Positions 1-15,823 of a stretch of DNA of 64,000 nt are shown in pieces. The position numbers and the translations under genes are program-made. The notes below the pieces were generated by a model. The model worked only from the letters and a program-made list of their open reading frames with translations, ran no database searches and was not told the origin of the DNA. The stretch comes from Eledone cirrhosa (taxonomy: Eukaryota): the NCBI GenBank assembly GCA_964016885.1, contig OZ024742.1, positions 172,608,001 through 172,672,000 of the forward strand. Reading direction: 5' to 3'. Position 1 is the stretch's first letter. Each line of letters begins with the position of its first letter.

Positions 1-26
1 TGCCAATCTATAATAATAATAATAAT

Positions 27-952
27 GCTTTCTATATTAACCACAAGGGTTTACACAAAGTAGATATTAAGGACAGTACACGACAATACAGGATGTGCAA
101 ATGGGCATTTCTGCGGGTAAAAAAAAACAAACAGAGGATGTAACAAAAAAAGAAAAATGAAAAATTCCCCAATAGAGGGAGACCTCCAAAGGCGATCGTG
201 GTGAAAGCCCATTAAAAAAAGCCATGGTGACCCTGACCACGAGGGCAAGTGCCCTCTCACAGTTTTCCACATTCAATTTACAGTCATATAATTAGAGTAT
301 ATCACTCGGGCCATACTTGCTTCTCTCAACCATCTTTCAACAAAATGCTGGGAAGAGAGCACTTCCCTGTCTACCCTGAATTTTCTTTTCAAATACAATT
401 TTAAAAAGTTAATCAGGGAATCACCGAAGAGGTAAGTGCTCGTCTTCAGCCCTTTCAGACGCGTCGACCATACTATCTCTTTCGCCATGGCAACCAGACA
501 GATAAAAACTGCCTGCTCTTCCTGGCTAAAGGAAGAAGGTGGGGTAATCCTCACGATGGACTCAGCTGATAGCCGGATCCTTTCTACACGCGACAGCAGG
601 TGTTCGACATAAATACACAAGTCAGAAATGCTCGGACACTGGACGAGTACATGCAGGACGGTTTCGACGCCCTGCAGGCATCTGGGACATGCTCGGCTGG
701 CGGCATTCCATATCCCGAACTGGCAAAGCTCCTTGGTAGCACTGCCAGGCCAGGGATTTCTGCAAATTGTCCATAGACCCCCGCCCGAAAGTTCTTTAGA
801 AGAAATTGGCTAGTTGATATTCGTCGACGCCTATATTTTCCCTAAGTACGTCGTCGCTCTTCCCCTCCACTAATCCTCTATAGAACGCCAAATAGAGTTT
901 CCACCGATCACGTTGCCCGACTGGTCGAGGGCAGTGAGCGCCTGAAGACATT
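27..952 (-). mobile_element. 5'-truncated L1/Tx1-type LINE (ORF2 C-terminus and 3' UTR), degenerate
   Basis: Colinear with 60734-61672; ORF 273-620 (YVEHLLSRV.RI.LSAESIVRI...AMAKEIVW.TR) matches the C-terminus of the long copy; (ATA)n tracts on both sides. Confidence 0.9.
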
Positions 953-954
953 TC

Positions 955-992
<38 letters not shown>

Positions 993-1365
993 TTTTTTTA
1001 AAAGTATATGTGCTGTATCAACTGTCTTACGAATGCACACTGTGAATTTATTTGCCCTAGTTGTCAGGAAGACACTCGGCATAGAAAGAAAATAAAAATA
1101 ATAATAATAATTACATATATATATAAATAGAGAGAGAGAGAGAGAGAGAAAGAAATGTTTTCGCTTGCTGCCGATGCGTCTGGAGAACCGTCCTTGTCCC
1201 TGAGGTGTTCCTTGACAAGCTGATTGGCCTCACACCGATGGTGCATATCTATAAAGTACAATTCTTTCATACGGATCAGCGAAACTGTCTAGTCGGGACT
1301 TTGAAGAAAAAATAGATATATTTGTTTCCATTATTCCCTATTATTTTATATATATATATATATAT

Positions 1366-1497
1366 GTGGAAAAAATGAAACGAAATTTCATTTCTCTCTC
1401 ACTCTTAGGACGGCTGTTACTTAAATATAAGTATGTATACGTACATACATATATGTATAGAGACGTACAGTAGTATGTATATATATATACATACATT

Positions 1498-1548
<51 letters not shown>

Positions 1549-2005
1549 GTATGGATTTACCGAACATTTATTATAATGCTCGGTTAGTTTGTAAGCAAAC
1601 ATCCGGAATTAAGCCGTACATTGTTTAGCAACCTTCGTTGCCCTTTTGGTTCAACACTGACAAATGAACGATATACTAGTTTCAAGCTTATTTGCTATCG
1701 TCAGCACCGTATCGATTTGCATATCGAGTGAATTAATCGGCCGGGCGCACCGAAAACGATGAATGGAAAAAATTAAACGAAATTTCATTTCTCACTCACA
1801 CTTGGTACGGCTGTTACTTAAATATAAGTATGTATACGTACATACATATATGTATACAGACGTACAGTAGTATGTATATATATACATTCATTCACACATA
1901 TATATATGTACGTATGGATTTACCGAACATTTATTAAAATGCTCGGGATGTTTGTTTACAAACAAACCGAGCATTATAATAAATGTTCGGTAAATCCATA
2001 CGTAC

Positions 2006-2039
<34 letters not shown>

Positions 2040-2197
2040 ATGTATATATACATACTACTGTACGTCTGTATACATATTTGTATGTGCGTCCACATACTTA
2101 TATATATATATAAATATATATATGAATGAAAGTATGTACTTAAATGTAAGTAAGTGACGTACTATGAGTGAGAAATGAAATTTCATTCTATTCCATT
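1366..2197. repeat. ~397 bp partial tandem repeat plus inverted arm, containing an HHR (PLE terminus or retrozyme-like)
   Basis: GAAATTTCATTTCTC at 1382 and 1779; 1948-2197 is the reverse complement of ~1370-1603; flanked by (TA)n. Confidence 0.75.
1668..1710 (-). ncRNA. type I hammerhead ribozyme motif
   Basis: Minus strand ACGGTG-CTGACGA-tAGCaaataaGCTt-GAAA-CTAG-TA-TATCGT: 6 bp stem I (2 G.U), intact core, palindromic stem III, GUA site. Confidence 0.7.
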
Positions 2198-2551
2198 TAT
2201 ATATATATATATATATATACACAAATATAATTTTGTATTGGGGGATGGTCATTTTACAATCTTTTTAATAAGCAAATGCATTGTGACGTTCACTTCAGAT
2301 TTATTATCTGTTTGTTATGTTGTCAATGACTATTTTTACTCAGTGTCTCCTCTTCGTTCTGGCTTTATTCATTTTACTGCATATTAAGTAACCGACACCT
2401 ATAGTAAGAAAGGTGAATTAGTGCATATGTTTACAATGTCAAAACATGCCTGATGTTTTGAAGCAACTTTGCCGAATGAATAATAAAATCGCTTGGCACA
2501 CATTAGGTGCCGATTTCGATCTCATTTCGTGATCGCATTCATCATGGACTC

Positions 2552-2640
2552 TATCAGGTCATGCCGTTTGAGCGAAACTGTGCAGACACTAACTATTTGG
2601 GAGTACTTTCGATTGACTTCTAACTCAAGTGGTCAAAATT
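2552..2640 (+). pseudogene. possible ancient LINE RT remnant (CR1/L2/Jockey-like)
   Basis: Translates YQVMPFERNCADTNYLGVLSIDF*LKWSK, resembling the KYLGV.ID..L.W motif; very degraded. Confidence 0.3.
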
Positions 2641-2989
2641 GTCAGTCTGTAACTGAGATTTCCGTTATACTTCACGTGACCCGAAATGCTCAGTCATGCA
2701 CTCATGTCATGAGCAGACAGTTCCTTTGCCGGGACAACTGGAGCACACATCTTCGAAGCCGACGGATGTTCATTACATTCCATGTTATCATTGAGAGAAA
2801 TCAAATATCCTTATGGCAGTTCCATATGACATTATCTTAACTGATGGCAATCATCTTTGTTTGTGATCGCAAAAAGAGTTTTATATTGTTTTATTTGTTA
2901 ATCTAGGTTTATAGTCTATCCATGAAACAATTCCCCCAAACACATATACATTGATGCATATGCACGTATAATATACATAACCATATGGT

Positions 2990-5340
<2,351 letters not shown>

Positions 5341-6034
5341 ACACATTCAGACCTCTTATCACCAAACACAATCTATTTGAATATTAGTTAAATTTCCTAT
5401 GAATTCTGTCAGACAAAACTATTTTATTGACTTAGTCTAGTTTCCACCACTTGTGTGAACCTCATAGATCCCTAAGCTTACACTTCTTCATTGGTTACAA
5501 TTCTTCTCTTCTAATGAAGATGATACCGAAAATATGTTTCTCTTGGCAAGTATACTGCCATTCTCTACTAAATTCGGGTCTATGTACGGATTGTAGAGCT
5601 TTACATAGTAGCTGTCTCACGTAGGCACACTAAAAAAAACATGCAAAATCAACTAACACACACGAATAACATTCAGAATCACACTGAGTAAGCCGCACGC
5701 ACAAAGACGTATGAATAAAATTCCATGCATTTATGAATAAATACACGTGTATACGTACACGCGCAAACACACTAGACGCACGGTCACAAATTTCACCGCA
5801 TGCATAGTATATATATATATACATATATATAAACTATGCGTAATTTGGTTTGTTTATTATTCAACAAAGTTAATTTTACAAAATATTAGAAGCACTCAAC
5901 AGTGTTTTATCTGGAGTATAGTAATATCAATAATATTAATAAATGGAAAATATCTTTATAATAAAATAAATATGGTTCGATAAAGATATTTTCCATTTAT
6001 TAATATTATTGATATTATATATATATATATATTT

Positions 6035-6215
<181 letters not shown>

Positions 6216-7007
6216 GATAGATATTTGTCGTCAAGTGAAATTGTATGTGTACTTGTTAAAGCTTAATCGCTATATGTTGCTGATTTTGTCTCGTTCTCTT
6301 CCTCCATAGGAGAGCGCTTTGACTTGTGTCCGACGCTGTGTCCTCTGGTGGACTGGCAATACCATTGAAAGGAGTCAAGACTGACCAAGTTCATGACCCT
6401 AGAGTTTTGTGTCTTTCGTTTGCATATTTATTAAAAAAAAATAATTTTTCATGTTTCCAAAAATATTATTTTTCGTTTTGCCTTGTTTTGGTTCGTTGTG
6501 TTGTCCTCACGCTGTTGGTTTTCTTAAGTATATCATTGCTAACCTGTAACGAACGTGTTTTCTCTTCTTCCGCCAGTAATTTCAATGTCTCACATTTTTA
6601 ACACGATATCTTGGTTTCCTCCTTCTCCTTGCCCTTCATCTTCTTTTTTTTATTTCACTAATTGAAGTTTCGTGCTATAAGAGGCAGTTTAGATTCTATG
6701 TGAACTTGCCATAGCTTAATTACTATAAGCTGCTATTTTGTCTTGTCTCGGTTTGTGTCAGAAGCTGTGACAAAAAGGACTAGCTGAAATGGTTGAAACT
6801 GCCAAATCCATCTCAACGGCCAATGACCTTTGACATCTGTGTCTTTCGTTTGTATTTTTATTTCCATGGCTTTACCTTAAACAAATTCTTTTTCGTTTTG
6901 CCTTCCTTTCGTAGGTTGTTTAGTGTTTAATTTGTCGATTTTCTGAAGTTTATGAACACACACAAACACACACACACATACACACACAAACACACAAACA
7001 CACACGT

Positions 7008-7074
<67 letters not shown>

Positions 7075-7109
7075 CACACACACATATATCTATATATATA
7101 TATAAATAA

Positions 7110-7519
7110 AGGAAAAAGTATGACCCCGACGGCAGAGCTCAAGCCGTTTCGACGTCTATTTCTGGACTCATATCAATTTCAACGCTTGACCGCTCCACTC
7201 ACACCCCTATTGTTCTACAGGTAAGTTCAGCCACCCCTACCTTCCACCAAATGCCATGACAGACTTATTTGTATTTACAACAAATGTTAACCAATCCTCT
7301 TGACAACTACAATCTTCCCATATAAGGAAGTAACCCCTTGACAAGTTTGGCTATTTATTCACCAGGCTAAAAATGATAATTTAGTCCAGAAATAGCCGTC
7401 GAAACGGCTTGAGCTCTGCCGTCGAGGTCATACTGTTTCCTATTTCCCACTCTACTACCCTAAGTATTGAGTACTCTGGTGCGTTATGGTCCATCTGGTT
7501 CCTTACCACAATTCCCTTG

Positions 7520-7521
<2 letters not shown>
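7110..7521 (+). mobile_element. family A fold-back insertion (short tail-less inverted arm plus tailed arm)
   Basis: 7110-7168 is the reverse complement of ~7383-7441; body is homologous to 40135-40400; ~80 bp tail at 7444-7521; (TA)n flanks. Confidence 0.85.
7333..7428 (+). ncRNA. type I hammerhead ribozyme, U3-A8 core variant
   Basis: ACCCC-TTGACAA-G..GGCTATTT...AAATAGCC..C-GAAA-CGGC(ttgagctct)GCCG-TC-GAGGT; sister copies read GGGGT, giving a perfect stem I. Confidence 0.7.
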
Positions 7522-7601
<80 letters not shown>

Positions 7602-9060
7602 ACACCTCAAGAGGTTTTTATAAGGAAGACAGAAGAGGAAAATATTTACGTAGAAATGACAAAGAATGTACCCAAAGCACATGTTGAATTTCATAAGTAG
7701 CAACATAATTGGGGCTAGATAATAAATCCCAACATACCAGGACCAAAGAATGTCTGAACCTTAGATTCAAAAGATGCTAAATCGCCAGGACAAATTAAAA
7801 TCTCTAATGCCTTAAGATTTTATAAATGAAAGATTGATCTTACAACAGGGACGTTGTCCGTTAAAAATAAAATTGAAAAGGTACCACGCTGAATTTTATA
7901 CAGGTATATACACAGTGATACACACAAACACACACGGATATATAAACAGACACGAAACCGTTTGATAATGCAAAACAATCCAATCATATAAATATTCGCA
8001 ATATTTTCACTTCCTTCATCTGTACAAAAATGTTTCTGGACATTCATCTGTGGCCAATTTTACAAATCAACTTGCGAATCCCTCGGCTTTTCACCATTGG
8101 CTTTGTTGAGGTGATCACCGCTTTAGCCGCAACTTTCTCTCACATCAAAGGATCATTTTCTCAATCTTTAATCTAGGTGCGACCAAACGGTTCAGATCTG
8201 AATATTACTATTAGCCTACCTTTTCGTCTCTATGCATCACCAACACTTTTGTTTGCGAACTCGTTTATCTGATACACTTCGGCACGCGCATATTGATTTA
8301 AGTGTCGAACATTAGAATTTATATACGACGTATTTAGTCCATGCCACGTAATTTCATTCAGGTTCTGCTGAGCTTTTGTATCGTAAAATATTCAAGGACA
8401 TATTTATTATATTGTTAGACTGTATGCTGGTATAGTACAGCAATAATGTCGACAGCATTTGGAATTATGCAGGCCCACATCGACAGCCGATGAATACGGA
8501 AATCATGTATGTCTGAGTAAAGTTGTCACACTCCCAAAGCTACCCGTTATATAACGGGTAGTATAATCAAGGGTTTATCACGAGATATTCTACATTCGCA
8601 TACTTCTTGCCAATCCAATGGTTTTGTTCCGAATGTTTTGACGTTTCTATCACCTTCGAAACTAAACAATCAAACTAGTGTGAAAGTACAAGCGATACTC
8701 ACCCGTTTTTAGTTCTGTAATTTCTTGTATAGCGATTACAATAAAATTGTTTAACAACACATTTAAATAGCAAGAAACTATTATATCACGATCAGCTTAA
8801 GAATTTGCCTTTCTTTAGAAATCGATTTCTACTATCTATAAATAACGAATACCGTTAGATATATCTATTATATATTGGTGATATTTTGTCTGTGTGTTGG
8901 CAGTTATAGGCATGTATAGTATCTTGAGTTGTAAAGGCCTTCAGCTCTCGGAAATGATGTCTGTTTGCTATAACATGAACGGAAAAATATAATTACCACA
9001 CACGCACAAACACACACACGCATGCACACAGACACACACACGCACGAAATATACAAACAA

Positions 9061-9093
<33 letters not shown>

Positions 9094-9508
9094 GGTATAT
9101 ATATACTCAAATGTTTGTCTATATAGTTACATTAGATATGAAGTAAATATACTATTTAAAATTATTCATTGCAAACAGAGAATTATATGGGCCTTATAGT
9201 AGTTGCTCGGTTACTCGGTTTACAAATCTTTGTTTAAACACTGATATCAGTTTAAAAACCTCGATGAAATTAATACTATATCCACGTTACATATTTTACA
9301 ACCCGTCAGATCTTTAGATAGGCTGCATTTGCTGAGTCTGATAAGGAAGGGGGGGGGGGGGTTCTTCTGTAATGTCGCATTCATCTGGGAACATCCTAAT
9401 TTTGGGGCGTATGATAACGGAATTGAATTAGGAAACTCTGTAATAGTTGTCAATATTGGCTCTACAGACTGGCCAAGTAGGTGGTACTGTAACAAAATCA
9501 TTATTTTG

Positions 9509-9597
9509 CATTTCATCCTTACGGGGTCGATAAACTAAAGTACCAGTAATTTACTGGGTAATTGCTGGTCTTGTGCCAACAGTAGAAATAATTATTT
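9509..9597 (+). mobile_element. SINE 3' fragment
   Basis: TTTCATCCTTACGGGGTCGATAAA..GTACCAGT core shared with the 10084 and 20531 copies. Confidence 0.8.
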
Positions 9598-10083
9598 GTT
9601 GTATGACCTTTGTGAAATCTATTAAGCCTTGGTAGGTCTTTGTTCTAGGCATGGACATTATTTAGCTGTCCGTTGTTTCGGCTGCATTATACAAGACCAC
9701 CTCATCATGTGAGAAATGAGTATTCTTTTCTGTTTCCCCATGCTCCTGTTGTGTTTCTTTTGTGTTGATGATCTGGGGTCTTATTACCTGGATTTAGTTT
9801 GGTAGGCTTGTGCCTGACTTGTCTTGTGAGATACATAAAATTTCTATATTTTTGTGTGCAGCATGCGCTTACGAAAGCCATTTGCAGATTTTTAACCATG
9901 TTTATAGGCCTCCACCCTAACCTGATTCATATTATGCTGTTCAAGCTTAGTTATAGCTATTGAAAATTGAACCTCAGCCTGATCATCGATTGTGATGGAA
10001 TGCAGATTATTTTATTATGTCGGAAAAATCATACGGCTCAAGTCAAAGGATTTATGGATGGGTTCACGAATAAAGAGTTGGTA

Positions 10084-10268
10084 TTGGCAGTATTGGTAGA
10101 GGGTCGAACGCCATGCTTTGCAGCAAAGAGTTACGTCCCTTTATGGTCTGAGTTCAAATCCCGCCGAGGTTAACTTTGCCTTTCAACCTTACGGGCTCGA
10201 TAAAATAAAGCACCAGTAATACACTGGGATAATTGCTGGCCTTGTTCCAAATGTAGAAACAATTAATT
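10084..10268 (+). mobile_element. tRNA-derived SINE with Meta/MESC-like core
   Basis: A box TGGCAGTATTGG, B box GAGTTCAAATCC, core GCCTTTCA.CCTTACGGG.TCGATAAAAT, ATT-type tail. Confidence 0.88.
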
Positions 10269-10379
10269 TACATGCTGTTTGTATCAGCAGTGTTGTCTCC
10301 TTCTTAGCCAACAGTTTCATAAATATTCCTACCACTACTGCCACTGCTCCTGCTCTCCTTACGTCTCTCATTATTACAT

Positions 10380-10830
10380 CTGTCTCTTCCCTGTGTGATT
10401 GTTATTTTCTATCCCGTTCTCTATGGCTGTGTGTCTGTCGTTGCTATGTAGTTTTTTCCTACTACTGGGAGATTCTATTGATTTGTTTTCGCCATCGTTG
10501 ACGTTGTTGTTGTTGGATGTGTTGTCATGTGCGTTGTGGTGGAAGATACGGTTGATGTTTTGTTATTATATATGTTCGTGTTGTGGTTGTTTTTTGTGTG
10601 GTGCTGTTGTTTGTCTGTTGTGACAAGTAGGAAAGAAATAGAGACAAAAACACATCTGGCTGTAATGCATGCACAAAACAGGTACAGAGCTCATAAAGAC
10701 AGGTTGTATAAAACTGAAAAAAAAAGGAAATACAAAGTAACAAACGTCGTCACTGAAGTAGGAACAGAATGTGTTGCGAACTAGCATTGACAATTAACAA
10801 CTAAACACCCTTTCTCCTTATTAAACTAAT
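10380..10830. mobile_element. old family C-like PLE terminus remnant with decayed HHR (10749-10791)
   Basis: GTCA-CTGAAGTA-GGAACAgaatgTGTTGC-GAAC-TAGCAT-TGAC resembles the 45319 motif; composition switches from T/G-rich to A/C-rich near 10625. Confidence 0.4.
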
Positions 10831-11559
10831 CGACGGAAAAATTAGTTACTTAAAAATAAGTTCCAGTGAAAATCAACTGATGTATTTGTTCATATTGGCA
10901 GCACGACCCTACCAAATTATAAAGATATATAAATACATATGTGTGTGTGAGAGTCACACACATGGTCAATATTTCAGACAGTGAGACTGAAACCAAAACT
11001 ACGTGGTTGCTAAGTAAACCCCTTAAAAAAAAGTGCCACACCTGGAATTTTTAGTAAAAGATTTTAATTCTATAATTCTTAATTTTGGATTTGTGCTTAA
11101 TGGTTATTTTAATAGATTTTAGTGTTTTATGGCAGATGTTAGCCGCTATATTTTCATTTCCTCGCTAATTAAATGTATATTAGGTATATAAATTGCCTAA
11201 TAAATTCTACGTAATTTGTTTGTGTATGTTAAAATCAGGTTAGGAAATAGAAATTAAATTTTCCATGGTAATTTCTATTAAGATTTAGAGGTCTATAATT
11301 TAAAATATTTATAATTTCCAGTGCAAGTAAGTTAAATGTAATACGATAAATTACGATTGTCGATCAATTTTGTTTGTAATATATTAATTTTATTCATTGA
11401 ATATCGTGTTTGACAAATGCATTAATTTGTATAATTTATGCCGAAACACAGCTGTATACACGCGGACTCAAATGTATACGTGTATAGCACGTAAATTAAT
11501 ACCACTCTAACTAATAAATAATGCATCATATATTATAGAATTAGTTTTATCAGCTTTGG

Positions 11560-12365
11560 ATTAGCAGTTTCATTAGAGCTCCGGGTAATTATTTGCTTCC
11601 TTTCACTGGGGTGTTGTGTTGGAATATACATTGGCTGATTTTATAAATCCTTTTTGTGACTGTATCTGAAAAATAATTTCAACTTCCACAATATATGCTG
11701 TATAAATCTAGTTCTAACTCTATATGCTTCCCTGTGGATAGTATGTATGTCGAATATGAACCAGTAGGAAACATTTGTCATGGTATATGTTTTTGGCTCT
11801 TCTTTGCAGTTTTCAATTATAGAGTTGTTTAACCAGCATGGGAATTTAATGTGTCATATCTGTGCTTCTTGAAACAGTGTATTTTTTTAAATGTTCGCTC
11901 AGTTGCTGCAATATGATTGTACATAAGGCTTTGTAGGTTGCAGATTATGGAAGGTTATAGGTTTCGAGTTTTTGAGAGTTTGCTCTATTTCTATCGATTA
12001 AACTTTTCGTTGTTCTTTAATTTTTTTTTTATTTTTGTTATTCGGTGCTTATCATGTTTGTTATTGACATCAGTCTGCTTCATAGTGTTGCCATTGTTGT
12101 TGCTTTCCATGCACTAATTGTAATTTGGGCATCTGTCCACAAAATATAACATATCATAGACAAAAGCCATGTTTCAAATCTGCTTTCAATTGGGTTTGTT
12201 GGTTCCTGTCTAACATACATCTGATCATTTTCTATTTAAATTTAATTCTATTTGTGTTGTCGATAACGGATTTACTTAGTATTCCGGAAAAGTAGGTTAT
12301 AGGCATCCATATTGCTATTTAGACATAGTACATTATATAGCAGAAGCCATTGTGCCAAGCAAAGA
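11560..12365 (-). pseudogene. highly degraded PLE RT/GIY-YIG remnant
   Basis: Fragmentary minus-strand translations LGTMAS, ICYILW and LYSIYCGS in PLE motif order; many frameshifts. Confidence 0.3.
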
Positions 12366-12389
12366 AATTGAACCTATAGACTCTCTCTC

Positions 12390-12453
<64 letters not shown>

Positions 12454-12460
12454 TGTACAT

Positions 12461-13121
<661 letters not shown>

Positions 13122-14458
13122 GTGTGTTTAAAATATAATGGTACTTAAACTCAATAATTGTTTTCTTAATTAAAAAAACATTACAGACCAGGTAATTTCA
13201 ACTTGGTTGCTTCATTTGTCTGTATAATATTATATATATATGTGTATTTGTGTGTGTGTGTGGGGGTGAGGGGGGGGGGGGGGGGTCGTGTGCATGTTTA
13301 TATGTTCGTGCATTATTTTAATCTCCAGTAAACCAAATCCTGCGTGAAATTTCGATCCCTAGGGATTATCTCATTTGCCATATCTAATCTTGGGAGTCTT
13401 TTTATATGTTAAGGCTCACACAACTGACGTAACTATTGCTGGTTATTAAAATACGGAACTTTCTATACTGCAGGAAACTTAATGAAATCCAAGGAAAGAA
13501 ATAAAATTGAGACGGGCGACATTGGAGACATCAAACGTTGAACGACCTCTTTTTGTAGGCAGTTCTCTAGTTATTTTTGGAAAAGAAATAATCCAAAACA
13601 TAAGGTTATTCAAATTTTCATTTAGAATCTCTTTTTCTATTCGTGTTTCTTTTTCTGAGTTTTTACAAATTTATATCCAATTATCTTCTGTTTCTTAATT
13701 TTTTTGTATTTTAGTTGCTCGTTATCTGTAGATTAATAAATTTTTAATGTAATGTTTATTTGCCGAATAGGATAATAATTTCATTTATCTCAGATTGAAC
13801 TATGATTAAAATGAAATAACAGCATAAATAAATAAATAAATAAATACGAAACAATACAGAAAACAAAACAAAAGAAAGCAAATCAAAATGAAATACAAAG
13901 AAAGAAAATAAATCCATCATCATTTTTATAACGATACGTTTTTATTAGAAACTAATGAGTTTAAAGAGAAAATAATATGAAGAAAACATTATCTGATTGA
14001 GTAAAATAAATGCCTTCATTCTGTTGGCTATTTGAACATAAAGAAACAGGTTGAATGTCATAATTGCCGCGCTAGTGTTTAATAAATAAATAATTAGATA
14101 TAAAATAAGAGTTTCTCCTTCCCATACTAGATACACATTATTGATGTTTCAATAAAATCATGTTTAGTACAGTTCAGATTTCAACGAAACATCCGCTCTA
14201 TAGAAAATTTCCCCAATTATGCATTATGATAGATTATGCGATTTTGTGTATAGAGATATGAATCAAAGTCGGAATTTCTGATATAATGATTTGTGGGAAA
14301 GCATTTCAGCGTACGGTTGTTTCCATTTTTGTTTGTTTCTTTTATTTTTAGCTTTTTTTGTTGCTGTATTTTGGTTTGTTTCAAATTATTTACGATAATC
14401 GCTCAAATTCCTCCACTAATCTTCTACGGAGATATACAACGTATCAAATAAATAGCCA

Positions 14459-14558
14459 TAATAATTGTTTCTACTTTAGGCACAAGGCCAGCAAATACCC
14501 AGTGCATTACTGGTACTTTATTTTATCGACCCCGTAAGGGTGAAAGGCAAAGTCAACC
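14459..14558 (-). mobile_element. SINE 3' half
   Basis: Reverse complement of SINE core and tail; 5' end abuts (TAC)n. Confidence 0.85.
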
Positions 14559-14639
14559 ATAATAATGCAATAACTACTACTACTACTACTACTACTACTA
14601 AACATATCCTCGCGCATAAATATATATGTATATATAATA

Positions 14640-14810
14640 AAGAGTCAGGATTCCAAGACTGATCTCTTGCCCTTTCAACAGCTAGTTCTAGATATTCTGG
14701 AATTATCTGTTGAAACGGTGAAAGCTCAGCCGTCGGGTCCTGCTTTTCATATATAACCATAACTCTACTCCACCAACTCTCGAGTACTCTGTTTAGTAAT
14801 GGTCACTCTC
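14640..14810 (+). mobile_element. diverged family A fold-back mini-insertion
   Basis: GTTGAAACGG..AGCTCAGCCGTCGGGTCC plus tail remnant CTCTACT..GAGTACTCTG, preceded by a short diverged inverted arm. Confidence 0.6.
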
Positions 14811-15075
14811 TCTATATATATATATAGGTGAGTGTTAAATCTTAGTACATATATCTGGGCTTACGTTTACTATTCGTTCAGCTACTTTAAACCTTTAAAC
14901 GAGCAGTTCAGTTCTATTTCTTTTTTGGTAGAACTGTGTTGTCCCCCTTGTCGACGACCTTGCGCATGACAGGCCAACTTCATAAAAACATCCGTTTTTC
15001 ACTGCCATCCTCGAGTTGTAAATCCGTAAGGTGAAACACGTGTCCTCGAAGCCGGTCTACTAATATGTTGTGGAA

Positions 15076-15159
<84 letters not shown>

Positions 15160-15749
15160 ATGTGTGTGCGTGTCTGTGTGTGCGTGTGTGTCTCACTGTG
15201 CATGTGTGAGTGTATGTGTAAGTTTGTATGTGTTTGTGTATGCGAGTGTCAATGTGTGTATAGGGCGGGTATCTAGATTTATACCGTATAACCAACTCAG
15301 TAAGAAGTCTATATTGAAATACATTTGTCGAAGATGCCACGCAGTTAGTGTGAACCTGAAGGTGGCGTGATGCGAAACTAAATTCTAGATCATCCAGTCA
15401 TATATGTGTTTCTATGCCTGCTGTTACATTATTTACGTTTACTTTGTTTACGCAAACAATAGATCTGGTGAGTTACATATTCATATGTATTATGTGTTGA
15501 TTGCCTGAAGTTTGACATGTGGTAAGATAACCAATATTATATATACACACCAAATATTAGATATAATCGTTCAGCAATCCCTTTAATCACCTCTTCTATT
15601 CAATTGTCAGTATTATCGATTGCACGAAACGAAAAGTTTAGGATCAGTTATGTAAAACGCTTTTATATATAATATATATGGAAAAATGTTCTCGTTCTCT
15701 TTATCTCACATTTACCAAAACTCTGTATGAGATATATCCATCTCCTACA

Positions 15750-15823
<74 letters not shown>

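Noticed and set aside
6390-6910. Diverged ~435 bp-spaced duplication
   Set aside because: Short, T-rich and degraded; no assignable family or function
7394-7409. AGCCGT-CGAA-ACGGCT hairpin as a Helitron or terminator stem-loop
   Set aside because: Better explained as the stem II/core/stem III part of the HHR; no CTRR end or U-tract
10084-10165. tRNA gene
   Set aside because: A/B boxes belong to a multi-copy SINE head; no cloverleaf
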